From: Octopus sinensis
Taxonomy: Eukaryota
DNA: 31,045 nucleotides
Assembly: GCF_006345805.1 (NCBI RefSeq)
Contig: NW_021832315.1
Coordinates: 1 to 31,045 of the forward strand
Reading direction: 5' to 3'
The notes beneath the pieces were generated by a model. It saw nothing but the letters and a program-made list of their open reading frames with translations, did not search any database and was not told the origin of the DNA. Positions 9,488 to 21,255 of the stretch are shown in pieces. A program made the translations under genes and the position numbers. Each line of letters starts with the position of its first letter. Position 1 is the first letter of the stretch.

Positions 9488-9639
9488 ATACATTTAATAA
9501 TTTCATATTCTCAAAAACCTTACGCCATTAAGCTACCAACGAAATATGAAGAATCTTCGTTAGAAATCGCCCCTTTGGAACCCTCCAAAGGAAAGGATAA
9601 ATTGAACTTTACCTTTTCACACAAGCACACACACACACA

Positions 9640-9672
<33 letters not shown>

Positions 9673-10256
9673 CACACATATATATGATTTTTTAATGTTT
9701 TTTACCCCCATACCTTCGTGGGTTATTCTGAGTAAACACTATCTGAGAGAAATTTTCTTTAAGTATTAGAAATAGCTAAAAAAAACTTTTTTGGCTGCTA
9801 TTTCTAATGAGTTCAGTATGTGGCAAAGTAATTTATTTTACAGCCCTTTTATTAATGTAATGTAAATTTTGAATTCGCCTTAAATGGTCCTTTTACATAC
9901 TGAATACTTGGTGAAATTGATTAATAACTAATTAATTTTACCCTCAATGTGAAATTAATATATAATATATATATATATATATAATATAGTTATATTAATG
10001 GTAAAACTTCAAGTATAGAAATACCTGGTCTTTTAAATTTTTTTCATATTGTCTTGGCCGCTTAAATCCAACGTGATTATGTATAAGAACGTATTTTACG
10101 TGGTATGAAGATCTGACATCTTCTTTCAGCAAGTAAGGAAGACACTTAGAGGTTTTCCTCTTAGTGTTTAATTACCTATGGTTCTACAGACACACACACA
10201 CCATATATATATATATATATAAATATTATATATATATTATATATATATATATATAT

Positions 10257-10298
<42 letters not shown>

Positions 10299-10422
10299 TA
10301 TATATATATATTATATATATATATAATGAGGGTGAGAAATTAATTTATTAACATCGATTTCACACCAGGGGTTTAGCATATAAAAAAAAGCCGAAGGTTC
10401 AGTAAAATTGTATTATATAATA

Positions 10423-10621
10423 TTAGAGGGAACCCACTATGTGGACACCCTTATGCTAGAAATAGATCCGCTATGATCTTACCATTATTGCTTTTTCTTT
10501 TGTCCTGCTCGATTACGATTTGGTTGTTTTGCTAAATTTTTCTTGAGAACATTTCTTAGTGGTAAGACCATAGCGTATCTATTTCTAGCATAAGAGTATC
10601 CACATGGTGGTTTCCCTCTAA
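10423..10621. mobile_element. ~200-bp MITE with 65-bp TIRs, flanked by TA
   Basis: Arms 10420-10484 and 10560-10624 match at 59/65 as reverse complements (attagaggga..ttatgctagaaatagat..cttacca). TA lies at 10421-10422 and 10622-10623. Confidence 0.8.
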
Positions 10622-10871
10622 TATGTATATATATATATATATATATAAACATGTTCTTAACTACGCACAAAATATGAGAACAAACTGTCTTCTTATTTTC
10701 TAATCGTTGGTTTTGAATTACAAATATTTGATAAGATGGACACTTAAGTCAATGAAACAACTCTAAAAATACTTATTCTGTCCGATTAAAGGAGAAAAAA
10801 TAAAAAAGAGTCTTTAAACAGTCTTCTGTACTGTTTGCACTTTTACTTTTTACCTTTGACTTATATCGATT

Positions 10872-10922
10872 CTTAACCATTTTTCAACTTTACGTATATA
10901 TATAATATATATATTATATATA

Positions 10923-10967
<45 letters not shown>

Positions 10968-11018
10968 TATATACATAGATAGATAGATAGATAGATAGAT
11001 AGAGAGATAGATAGATAG

Positions 11019-11067
<49 letters not shown>
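10872..11067. repeat. (TA)n followed by (GATA)n microsatellites
   Basis: Read directly from the sequence. Confidence 0.95.
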
Positions 11068-11068
11068 C

Positions 11069-11154
11069 TTTATTTAAAGCAGCAGAAAATTCAACAAAAC
11101 CTGTTGTTACTTGAGTTTCCCGTTTGCCGTTGAATTTTCTGCTGCTTTAATAAA
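11069..11154. repeat. 86-nt hairpin with ~26-bp arms
   Basis: tttatttaaagcagcagaaaattcaac (11069-11095) pairs with gttgaattttctgctgctttaataaa (11129-11154). Confidence 0.85.
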
Positions 11155-11228
11155 GCAATTATTACTTACCACTGGTATTTGAGTACTCTTTTTTCCACCT
11201 TGTTTCACATTTATGTGTTTACTTCGGT

Positions 11229-11258
11229 ATATAGATAGATAGATAGATAGATAGATAG

Positions 11259-11344
<86 letters not shown>

Positions 11345-11366
11345 TGATTGATTGATAGATAGATAT

Positions 11367-11452
<86 letters not shown>

Positions 11453-11488
11453 GATTGAGAGATAGATAGGCGGATATAGATGCATATG

Positions 11489-11520
<32 letters not shown>

Positions 11521-11625
11521 CACATACACACACACACACACACATATATAATATGTATAAACATGCACACATACGCGCGCGCGCACATACACACACATAC
11601 TGATATATAAATATACGCTCACACA
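11229..11625. repeat. (GATA)n, (TA)n and (CA)n compound microsatellite
   Basis: Read directly from the sequence. Confidence 0.95.
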
Positions 11626-11849
11626 CACATGCACACGGATACAAAACTTTTCTGAAATATTGAAGGAATTCATTTGAATTTTCCCCCTCCATTGCTGCTT
11701 CACTTTTTCTTTTTCTTTACTTGGTGTACTGGAAACCAGTTTGAAAATGTAGTTTTAGTGAGTTTAAATTTCTCCCTTTTACTGTAAATCTAAGCTTATA
11801 TCTCCGTCGACTACACAGATGTCTACAAGATCTCTACACTGATCTCATA

Positions 11850-12265
11850 GGCGCAGGAGTGGCTGTGTGGTAAGTAGCTTGCTAACCAACCACATGGTTC
11901 CGGGTTCAGTCCCACTGCGTGGCATCTTGGGCAAGTGTCTTCTGCTATAGCCTCGGGCCGACCAATGCCTTGTGAGTGGATTTGGTAGACGGAAACTGAA
12001 AGAAGCCTATCGTATATATGTATATATATATGTATATGTATGTGTGTGTGTGTCTGTGTTTGTCCCCCTAGCATTGCTTGACCAGCGATGCTGGTGTGTG
12101 TTTACGTCCCCGTCACTTAGCGGTTCGGCAAAAGAGACTGATAGAATAAGCACTGGGCTTACAAAGAATAAGTCCCGGGGTTGATTTGCTCGACTAAAGG
12201 CGGTGCTCCAGCATGGCCGCAGTCAAATGACTGAAACAAGTAAAAGAGAAAAGAGAAAGAGAAAG
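11850..12265 (+). mobile_element. SINE-A, full length
   Basis: Complete head through to the gtaaaagagaaaagag tail. Confidence 0.93.
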
Positions 12266-12337
12266 GCAGCAGAGATTGTAATATCAGAAAATGAAAACGC
12301 GTAATTTGTGGATTTAAATTTTATCTGGTCTAATAAG

Positions 12338-12729
12338 TAGGACAGAAAGCACTCCGTCGGTTACGACGACGAGGGTTCCGGTTGATCCGATCAACGGAAC
12401 AGCCTGCTCGTGAAATTAACGTGTAAGTGGCTGAGCACTCCACAAACACGTGTACCCTTAACGTAGTTCTCGGGGATATTCAGCGTGACACAGAGAGTGA
12501 CAAGGCCGGCCCTTTGAAATACAGGTACAACAGAAACAGGAAGTAAGAATGAGAGAAAGTTGTGGTGAAAGAGTACAGCAGGGGTCGCCACCATCCCCTG
12601 CCGGAGCCTCGTGGAGCTTTAGGTGTTTTCGCTCAATAAACACTCACAACGCCCGGTCTGGGAATCGAAACTGCGATCCTACGACTGCAAGTCCGCTGCC
12701 CTAACCACTGGGCCATTGCGCCTCCACAC
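12338..12729 (-). mobile_element. SINE-C with tail type C1 and an 11-bp TSD
   Basis: Head ggaggcgcaatggcccagtggttagggcagcggac..gtttcgattcccag. TSD ggtctaataag at 12327-12337 and 12730-12740. Tail ends ..gtcgtcgtaaccgacggagtgc. Confidence 0.92.
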
Positions 12730-12827
12730 GGTCTAATAAGAAGAGACTACAGTGGTACAGAATGTGTGCAAAGGATGAAATATACCAAATCCTTTACTCC
12801 TTAATCCACCAGGAGAAACAAAGCGCT

Positions 12828-13259
12828 CTCTCTTTTACTCTCCTTTACTCGGTTCAGTCATTTGACTGCAGCCATGCTGGAGCACCGCCTTTAATCGAAC
12901 GAATCGACCCCGGGACTTATTCTTTGTAAGCCCAGTACTTATTCTATCGGTCTTTTTTGCCGAACCGCTAGGTGACGGAGACGTAAACACACCAGCATCG
13001 GTTGTCAAGCAATGGTGGGGGGACAAACACAGACACACAAACATACACACAAAAACATTACACACACATACATACACATATATATATATATATATACGAC
13101 AGGCTTCTTTCAGTTTCCGTCTACCAAATCCACTCACAAGGCATTGGTCGACCCGGGGCTATAGCAGAAGACACTTGCCCAAGATGCCACGCAGTGGGAA
13201 TGAACCCGGAACCATGTGGTTGGTAAGCAAGCTACTTACCACACAGCCACTCCTGCGCC
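12828..13259 (-). mobile_element. SINE-A, full length
   Basis: Reverse complement of the A consensus, with an internal (CA)/(TA) tract. Confidence 0.93.
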
Positions 13260-13320
13260 ACTCGGTAGCAAAATTAAAATGCGTTAATTCGAGGGAATAA
13301 TATTCCTTATTGACATTACC

Positions 13321-13970
13321 TTAATCCTTTTGCATTTAAACTGGTCATATCCGGCTGAAATATGCTTCTTGTTTTAAGTTCAAACTGGCCACGTCTAGCT
13401 TGTCATAACTACCCTAAGGCGGAGAGCTGGCAGAAACGTTAGCACGCCGGGCGAAATGCGTAGCCGTACTTCGTCTGCCGTTACGTTCTGAGTTCAAATT
13501 CCGCCGAGGTCGACTTTGCCTTTCATCCTTTCGGGATCGATTAAATAAGTACCAGTTACGCACTGAGATCGATGTAGTCGACGTAATCTGTTTTTCTATC
13601 CTTGTTTGTCCCCTCTGTGTTTAGCCCCTTGTGGATAATAAAGAAATAGGTATTTCGTCTGCCGTTACGTTCAAATTCCGCCGAGGTCGACTTTGCCTTT
13701 CATCCTTTCGGGGTCGATTAAATAAGTACCAGTTACGCACTGAGGTCGATGTAATCGACTTAATCCGTTTGTCGATCCTTGTTTGTCCCCTCTATGTTTA
13801 GCCCCTTGTGGGTAATAAAGAAACCAATAACTACCCTAAAGTGTCATCCTAAAAATAGACACTAATATCATTCAAGTCTCAGAGGTATGAAACAATACAT
13901 GACTAATTCAAAACAATGTGAATAAATAAGCTTTGAACTTGGCAGAGTAATTTGAACACTAAAAAGGTAA
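13321..13970. mobile_element. Degenerate TTAA-type (piggyBac-like) MITE of ~230 bp, interrupted by a SINE-B dimer
   Basis: The left end ttaatccttttgcatttaaa and the right end tttgaacactaaaaaggtaa are imperfect inverted repeats of a TTAA|CCCTTTAGCATT pattern. The superfamily assignment is inference. Confidence 0.55.
13418..13826 (+). mobile_element. SINE-B dimer inside one 13-bp TSD
   Basis: TSD ataactaccctaa at 13405-13417 and 13827-13839. Unit junction aaagaaata|ggtatttcgtc at 13648/13649. Confidence 0.92.
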
Positions 13971-14070
13971 ACATTTGTCATTGAAGAGGAGGAGTTGTTC
14001 AGTGAACAAAGAAAGTAACTTTCATTCTGCGTTGTCTTTCTATAGCATTCTGCCTATTTTTTTATATACA

Positions 14071-14512
14071 GGCGCAGGAGTAGCTGTGTGGTAAGTAGCT
14101 TGCTTACCAACCACATGGTTCCGGGTTCAGTCCCACTGCGTGGCACCTTGGGCAAGTGTCTTCTACTATAGCCTCGGGCCGACCAAAGCCTAGTGAGTGG
14201 ATTTGTAGACGGAAACTGAAAGAAGCCTGTCGTATATGTGTGTATTATGGTGTGTGTGTGGTGTGTGTGTGTGTGGTGTGGGTGTGTGTGTGTGTTTGTG
14301 TCTGTGTTTGTGTCCCCCTCAACATCGCTTGATAAGCGATGTTAGTGTGTTTCCATCCCCGTAACTTAGCGGTTCGGCAAAAAGAGACCGATAGAATAAG
14401 TACTAGGCTTACAAAGAATAAGTTCTGGGGTCGATGTGCTCGACTAAAAGCGGTGCTCCAGGATGGTCACAGTCAAATGACTGACACAAGTAAAAGAGTA
14501 AAGAGTAAGAGT
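14071..14512 (+). mobile_element. SINE-A, full length
   Basis: Complete head, internal (TG) tract and (AAAGAGT)-type tail. Confidence 0.93.
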
Positions 14513-14609
14513 ATATAAATACATTTTTCATTTATTAAAACATTTAAATACAATGAAATAAGAAAGAAGGGAGGTAAGAAAGGAAAAGAAATCAAAAGGA
14601 AAAAGCAGC

Positions 14610-14944
14610 GGAAGATGGGGGGGAGGAAGGGACGATGGTCCCCACATACCCCAAAATAACTGAGGTGCTCAGCTGTGCCCCGCAATAACGACCTCGATGG
14701 CTTTGCCGCAGAGACCGATCAGCGGCACTCGTTTCAGCAGCCACTCACTTCGCGGGGCTCATTTTTCTCCGACAGGCAGCCGTTATCTCTGTTTTGAGAA
14801 AGAAACCGGTAGTGCAGGGGTCATAGAACACCTGACGTCTCAACAGCAACCGACACAAACTGAGAGCAGACGACCAGGCCCCTGCATTTATTGGTTTTTC
14901 TCTCCGCTTTACCGATAGTGACACTCGAATTTGCAGTTGATGCT
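14610..14944 (-). promoter_or_regulatory. CpG-rich island; candidate core promoter and first exon
   Basis: Minus strand: CCAAT (14894-14890), AATAAA at -31, Inr-like TCAGTT (A at 14861), AAAAATGAGC (ATG 14762-14760), then donor GAA|GTGAGT (intron would start at 14748). Motif evidence only. Confidence 0.35.
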
Positions 14945-15328
14945 TTGTTTGTTTGTTTGTTTGTTTGTTGAGCGAAGCGGTCTTCGTCCGAGTGGGAGAA
15001 GTCCGAAACGTAGTCCTTTGCTATTCGTAAGACCCGCAGAAGAGAAAGCAGGTCAACCCCCGACACCGAGAGCATCGACGGATGGATGAATGCGCATCCA
15101 GGCTGAGCGGTTGCGTAGGAAGTCGGGAACAAGAAACAGGAAGAAAGAGTGAGAGAAAGTTGGAGCGAAAGAGTACAACAGGGGTCGCCACCGCCCCCTG
15201 CCGGAGCCTCGTGGAGCTTTTAGGTGTTTTCGCTCAATAAACACACACAACGTCCGGTCTGGGAATCGAAACCGCGATGCGCCGACCGCGAGTCCACTGC
15301 CCTAACCATTGAGCTATTGCGCCTCCAC
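14945..15328 (-). mobile_element. SINE-C with tail type C2 and a perfect 14-bp TSD
   Basis: TSD ttgcagttgatgct at 14931-14944 and 15329-15342. (CAAA)n tail and complete tRNA-like head. Confidence 0.93.
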
Positions 15329-15990
15329 TTGCAGTTGATGCTGCAAGGTTCGGGCCGAAGAACGTCTCCCTGCATGTTGCATCCCAGACCAGAGATCTGG
15401 TTATGTACAAGTTTGAAAGCTTAAATTTAAACAAACAAAAAATCCTCGTTTTTCTGTTTAAATTTAATCCTCCACGTTGTTCAGAAACAATTAATAAGAA
15501 TTAAATTTAAATTCCCGAAAGTCTTGCTGTCATTCTCTAAAATAAAATTTGTCAGCTTAGAGAGTGCCTAAGTCTCTAACTATACAATTTCTAAAATCTT
15601 TCGCAATATTTCGAATGGGAAGAATGGGGAAATAAGTTTAAAACATGTAATTACTTAAATGGTATTTGATATTACAAGAATTATCTTGTCTTTTCTGTCT
15701 AAAACAGGTGCTATATTGTCTAATAGACATTAGGAACTTGGCTAATTAAATAAGCCATTCATATTTAACATAAAAATAAATGTCTACATAGCGATGCTTT
15801 GTCTGCAATATTACACTAATGTAAAATAGATTCCGAAGCAAGGCTGCAAATAGTAATCAGAGATGGGGAGGGCGGCTATTACAGGTATTCTGGGAAGCTT
15901 AATTGCGATATTGATTAAGAATTATCTCTAAATATGTACAAAGGAATAAAGCGAAAAGTTTCTCAACTTATCCTTTGTTCCACGGGCAAG

Positions 15991-16030
<40 letters not shown>

Positions 16031-16382
16031 ACCAACTAACTATTTGTTCATAAAAATACATATATATACATAACTTATATGTATATAAATATCTATACAT
16101 ATTAATATAGATAAGCACATATACATATATAATATATATATTATATATTATATGTGTGTGTGTATATATATATATATTTCTTCCCTTCCTTCCTGAGCGT
16201 CCATCATACTTTATTTGTTCACGTCCTTGCGTTTGTTTTTTCGTTTTGTTTTCTTGTTTGGATTAACTTTATATATATATATATATATATACATACACAT
16301 ATTCGTTTACACATAACACTTAGATATGTTTCGACCAAAGATTGGTCAGGCCATTTCTAACTTAATAGCCACTGATAGGATT

Positions 16383-16459
16383 CTTTTACTCTTTACTTGT
16401 TTCAGTCATTTGACTGCGGCCATGCTGGAGCACCGCCTTTATAGTCGAGCAAATTGACC
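16383..16459 (-). mobile_element. SINE-A 3'-terminal fragment
   Basis: cttttactctttacttgtttcagtcatttgactgcggccatgctggagcaccgccttt..gtcgagcaaat. Confidence 0.85.
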
Positions 16460-16463
16460 TCAG

Positions 16464-16842
16464 AGCTGGCAGAGACGTTAGCACGCCGGGCGAAATGCGT
16501 AGCCGTATTTCGTCTGCCGCTACGTTCTGAGTTCAAATTCCGCCGAGGTCGACTTTGCCTTTCATCCCTTCGGGATCGATTAAATAAGTACCAGTTACGC
16601 ACTGGGGTCGATATAATCGACTTAATCCGTTTGTCTGTCCTTGTTTGTCACCTCTATGTTTAGCCCCTTGTGGGTAGTAAAGAAATAGGTATTTCCTCTA
16701 TCTTTATATGCAGAGTTCAAATTTCGCCAAAGTCCACTTCGGGGTCGATAAAATAAGAACTAGTTGATTCTTGGGGGTCGATGTAAGCGACTTACCCCTA
16801 CTCTGAAATAGCTGGCCTTATACCAAAATTTGAAACCAATAT
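16464..16842 (+). mobile_element. SINE-B (B1 tail) followed by a degenerate second unit with tail type B3
   Basis: Full unit 16464-16687; junction aaagaaata|ggtatttc; second unit ends gctggccttataccaaaatttgaaaccaat. Confidence 0.85.
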
Positions 16843-17204
16843 GATAAGATCACATAAGGCGGGCTCCTGACAAAATATTTTGTAGAAAAGGCTTAAAAAG
16901 AATTATTGCAGTTATGTCGATGTCAGCCTCTTTCATCCATGAAACGGCAGAAACTTCCATATCACGAGTTGTGAGTTGAAGTTAATTGCAAAAAGAAATG
17001 AAACCGCAATCTACCGAAATTAAAGAAAATTTCAATTTTCATTGTGGTTATCGAACTATAATCACAGCAAATATATTTTTGTAATTGAGTTTGAAAAACA
17101 TATTTCATGGTGTAATTTACTTAGTAGTGTCTCAATAGAAAGAAATATTGCCGGAGAATATGGTGTGTAATACTACGAAATATCGCGACTCCTACATTAA
17201 ACAG

Positions 17205-17435
17205 TATACACACAATACATACACACGTACATATCTATGCACATACAAACATACATATATACATGCACACGCGCGCAAACATGCACGCACATACACACAT
17301 GTAAGATATATTTACGTATGATATATATGTGCATGTATGTATATATATATATGTATATATATATATATGTATATATGTGTATATATATATATATGTATGT
17401 ATATATATATATGTATATATATATATGTGTATATA

Positions 17436-17466
<31 letters not shown>

Positions 17467-17478
17467 ATATATATATAT

Positions 17479-17536
<58 letters not shown>

Positions 17537-17548
17537 GTACAATATATA
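17205..17548. repeat. Long compound (CA)/(TA)/(TATG) microsatellite
   Basis: Read directly from the sequence; it produces several spurious YI-repeat ORFs. Confidence 0.95.
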
Positions 17549-18309
17549 AATGAGCATGCGCATTTAAGCAATTGTGTCTAAGCACATTTGAAAGTTGTCA
17601 GAAAATCATTGAAAATGAAATTAGTTAATTTGTTTGAGTTTAGAACGAAGGAAACGTTTTCTCTTCAATGACGCAACAAAATTCTTTCATTTCTGATGCA
17701 AAGAATGTATTTTCAACAGTTCGACAACAACAACAAAAAAATGCCAAAATTTCATCATTTCTCTTCGTCAAATGACATGCAATTCCCAAAATGCATGTTG
17801 CTTCCTTATTCTTTCTTTCTTCTCATTTTTTTCGTATCTGATGTCGCTAAATAACCGATTGACTTATAAGATATGCCTAAGTAACCACAAGTAATGACTG
17901 ACTGACTTTGATTGAAGCACGTAAAAATGCAACCAAAATACAAATAATTTAACCCAAAAATCTTTTATCAGCCTCATCAACCGCTAAACACACAAGCATT
18001 CCAGAGCAAGAAAGAATTACACAATAAACACAATGATTTCATTTAATATACACCATTTGCTATTAAATGATCAAAACGAAATCGTTGTTACATCATTCTC
18101 CTTGCTAATGTTGACTAATTAAATAAACCTCACTGATTTATTAATATTATCTTTCGTTTTATTCCAAGTGACTTCTAGTGACCCTCTTTCAATTAACGGA
18201 AAGGATACGACACAGAGTGACATCAAAACACTGAAATTTTATTTGCTTCTTAAATATCTTTTGATTTTTCGAAATGTTTATTCAAATGACTGAAATACGT
18301 ATAACCGAG

Positions 18310-20400
18310 GAAATTTTCAAAATACTTCTTCATAAAAAGATTTTGAAGAGAAACCATTAAATATAAATTATTGGGGATCAACGCCAAATGACCTAATTTG
18401 CAAAGCTTTGACAATCCTTATTAGATATTTTCTAATTCAGCTTGCTAACCAACCACATGGTTCCGGGTTCAGTCCCACTGCGTGGCACCTTGGGCAAGTG
18501 TCTTCTGCTATAGCCCCGGGCCGACCAATGCCTTGTGAGTGGATTTGGTAGACGGAAACTGAAAGAAGCCTGTCGTATATATGTATATATATATGTGTGT
18601 TATGTGTTTGTGTGTCTGTGTTTGTCCCCCTAGCATTGCTTGACAACCGATGCTGGTGTGTTTACGTCCCCGTCACTTAGCGGTTCGGCAAAAGAGACCG
18701 ATAGAATAAGTACTGGGCTTACAAAGAATAAGTCCCGGAATTGATTTGCTCGACTAAAGGTGGTACTCCAGCATGGCCGCAGTCAAATGACTGAAAGTAA
18801 AAGAGTAAAAGAGTAAAGAGTAATTGAAGTACTAAGGTAAGTTATTTTTTACTGACCATGTTTGTTAATTGGTGTAGAAAATACCGCTTGGAATGAAAAA
18901 GGTAACGATGATTGAAATAATCTACAAATGGCCATAGAAAAACATGAATGTTCTCAAAGACATAAAATCGTTATTGGTTTTAAAGCAAGTGGAAATATTT
19001 GCAGAGACCTAAAGTTAAATGTGCAAAAAAGACAGAACATATAGGAGCATAATAAAATTAAATGGAACAGAATTATATTTACGACGATTGACCGATGCAG
19101 ATATTTTTTAAGTCGCCAGAAACTATCGATATGTGACCATTTTGAATCTGGAATATCCAATGATCGCAAGAAAGTATGATGAGAAATTAGCAAAGTATCT
19201 AGATGCATTTTGTTTTCTTCTGGTCTCTCTTCAAAATTATTTAATCGATGAGATTCAAAAAGTCATGTTGAACGAAACGGAAAATGAACTTAAGATGGCT
19301 ACATTTGTTGCAATTCTTTTTAATGAAATATTTGATGAATCGAACTATTCACAGTTGTCAACTTGTTTTGCGTTATATTGCAAAAGATTGTGTTACTAAA
19401 ACATGATTTAATAAGTTCAATGATATTATTGCAGACCGTTCAGCAAATGCTTTCTCCGAACAGTTTTTAAATGCATTGAAACATGGAAGCATGAAAATAA
19501 ATTACCCAAACCTACGATGATACCGCGCTACAATGGCAGACAGTTAAATGGAATGCAATGAATGGGAAAGGAGAAGTATGAATCCGTAACCTTCGTTCAT
19601 TGTCTTGCTCACATATTAAATTTAGCTCTTTCACAAGCATGCTTTCCTATAAAAAAAAATGAAAGATATATTTTCTACACTATATAGTACTCATTTTACT
19701 AATTTTTGTTTTACGTCAAACAGCTAATGCGTTAGATACTGCTAAAAAAAGATTTCCCAAAGCACTAAAGACAAGATGGAATTACTCTTCCTGTCTCAAT
19801 AAAACCACGAAAGAAAACTACCATTTTCCTAATCTTCCTTGTTGAATGCATTATTAATAATTCTGAAGCATAAGGATAAGATTACTTTAAATTCAGCAAT
19901 TGGATTCTTACACAATTAAAAATATCCGATATTTTATTTCTATTAAAAGTATTTAGCGATATATTTTCCTTTTGCTTGTATCTTATTTAACAGCTATCAG
20001 ACTAAAAGACTTGGTTTGTGTATTCAAAGAGCAACTTCATAAAACTAGATCCGTGCTTAGAAATAAACTGAACGACTTAACGATTCGATGATTTATAGAG
20101 TGCTGGAGTAAAGCTATAATATAGATCAGCAATCCCAATGAAAAGTTTCCGGATAAATTTATTGATCAGAAGTTTCGTACAGAATTCTCTACACTAAAAC
20201 TGTTGGGGCAATATTTGACCAATTAAAATCAAGGCTCCCATTTGCAATATTCTTAATTATACTTTTTAAAGAATTTAAAGCATCCTCTGGAAATATTTTG
20301 CAACATTCTTCGGCAAATCTGAAGAATATTGCGCAACATTTCTGGTGGATGCTTTAAATTCTTTGAAAATTGCTTTTAGCAGATTTTTTTTTAATAATTC
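18310..20400 (+). mobile_element. Decayed hAT-superfamily transposase (ZMYM1/DUF4371-like)
   Basis: NKIKWNRII..RLTDADIFLSRQKL; ARKYDEKLAKYL..LQNYLIDEI..ENELKMATFVAILFNEIFDESNYSQLST; ATMA..LNGMQ..KEKYESVTFVHCLAHILNLALSQAC; KTRWNYSS. The C..H-LNL and TRW motifs are hAT hallmarks. Many lesions; no TIRs found. Confidence 0.8.
18439..18823 (+). mobile_element. SINE-A, slightly 5'-truncated, inserted in the hAT remnant
   Basis: Starts at agcttgctaaccaaccac and ends in an (AAAGAGT)n-type tail. Possible short TSD taatt. Confidence 0.92.
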
Positions 20401-20406
20401 ATTTGT

Positions 20407-20728
20407 AGGAAGGCGCAATGGCCCAGTGGTTAGGGCAGTGGACTCGCGGTCGGAGGATCACGGTTTCGATTCCCAGACCGGGCGTTGTGTGTGTTTATTG
20501 AGCGAAAACACATAAAAGCTCCACAAGGCTCCGGCAGGGCTGGTGGCGACCCCTGTTGTACTCTTTCGCCCAACTTTCCCACATTCTCTCTCTCTTCCTG
20601 TTTCTTGAGTAACGCTACGATGGACTGGCGTCCCGAACAACTGGGGGGAAGACATACGCCACAGAAACCGGGAAACCGGCCCATGAGCCTGGTTAGGCTT
20701 GAAAAGGGCGGATAAATAAAAAACAAAT
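20407..20728 (+). mobile_element. SINE-C with tail type C3 and a 9-bp TSD
   Basis: TSD ttcatttgt at 20398-20406 and 20729-20737. Tail ctacgatggactggcgtccc..gaaaccgggaaaccggcccatgagcctgg..ggcttgaaaagggcg. Confidence 0.9.
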
Positions 20729-20844
20729 TTCATTTGTTGAGTGAAATAAATGTTTTATATTCAGTGAAAGATTCTTCAATTCTTAATTTAAAGCATTACA
20801 TTTATATCGATGGTCTTATATGTATTTGAATGTATAGATATATT

Positions 20845-21058
20845 ACTCTTTTACTCTTTTACTTGTTTCAGTCATTTGACTGCGGCCATGCTGGAGCACC
20901 GCCTTTAGTCGAGCGAATCGACCCCGGGACTTATTCTTTTGTAAGCCCAGTACTTATTCTATCGGTCTCTTTTGCCGAACCGCTAAGTGACGGGGACGTA
21001 AACACACCAGCATCGGTTGTCAAGCAATGCTAAGGGGACAAACACACAAACACATACA
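20845..21058 (-). mobile_element. SINE-A 3' half (5'-truncated at the internal microsatellite)
   Basis: Tail through to ggggacaaacacac; no head present. Confidence 0.9.
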
Positions 21059-21129
21059 TATATATATATTATATATATATAAACATACATACTTACATAC
21101 ATGTGTACACATACATACATACATACATA

Positions 21130-21167
<38 letters not shown>

Positions 21168-21255
21168 CGATTGTGATGATTGTGATGATGATGATGATGA
21201 TGATGATGAGATGATGATGATGATGATGATGTGATTATGATGATGGTGATGATGA
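21130..21255. repeat. (GAT)n microsatellite
   Basis: Read directly from the sequence. Confidence 0.95.

Noticed and set aside
9910-10360. Short imperfect inverted match (..aattaatttt.accctca versus tgagggtgagaaattaattt..)
   Set aside because: Only ~35 bp, AT-rich and gapped; probably fragments of a common short repeat.
18310-20400. Domesticated ZMYM/ZBED-type host gene
   Set aside because: Numerous stops and frameshifts plus a SINE insertion show it is a dead hAT copy.
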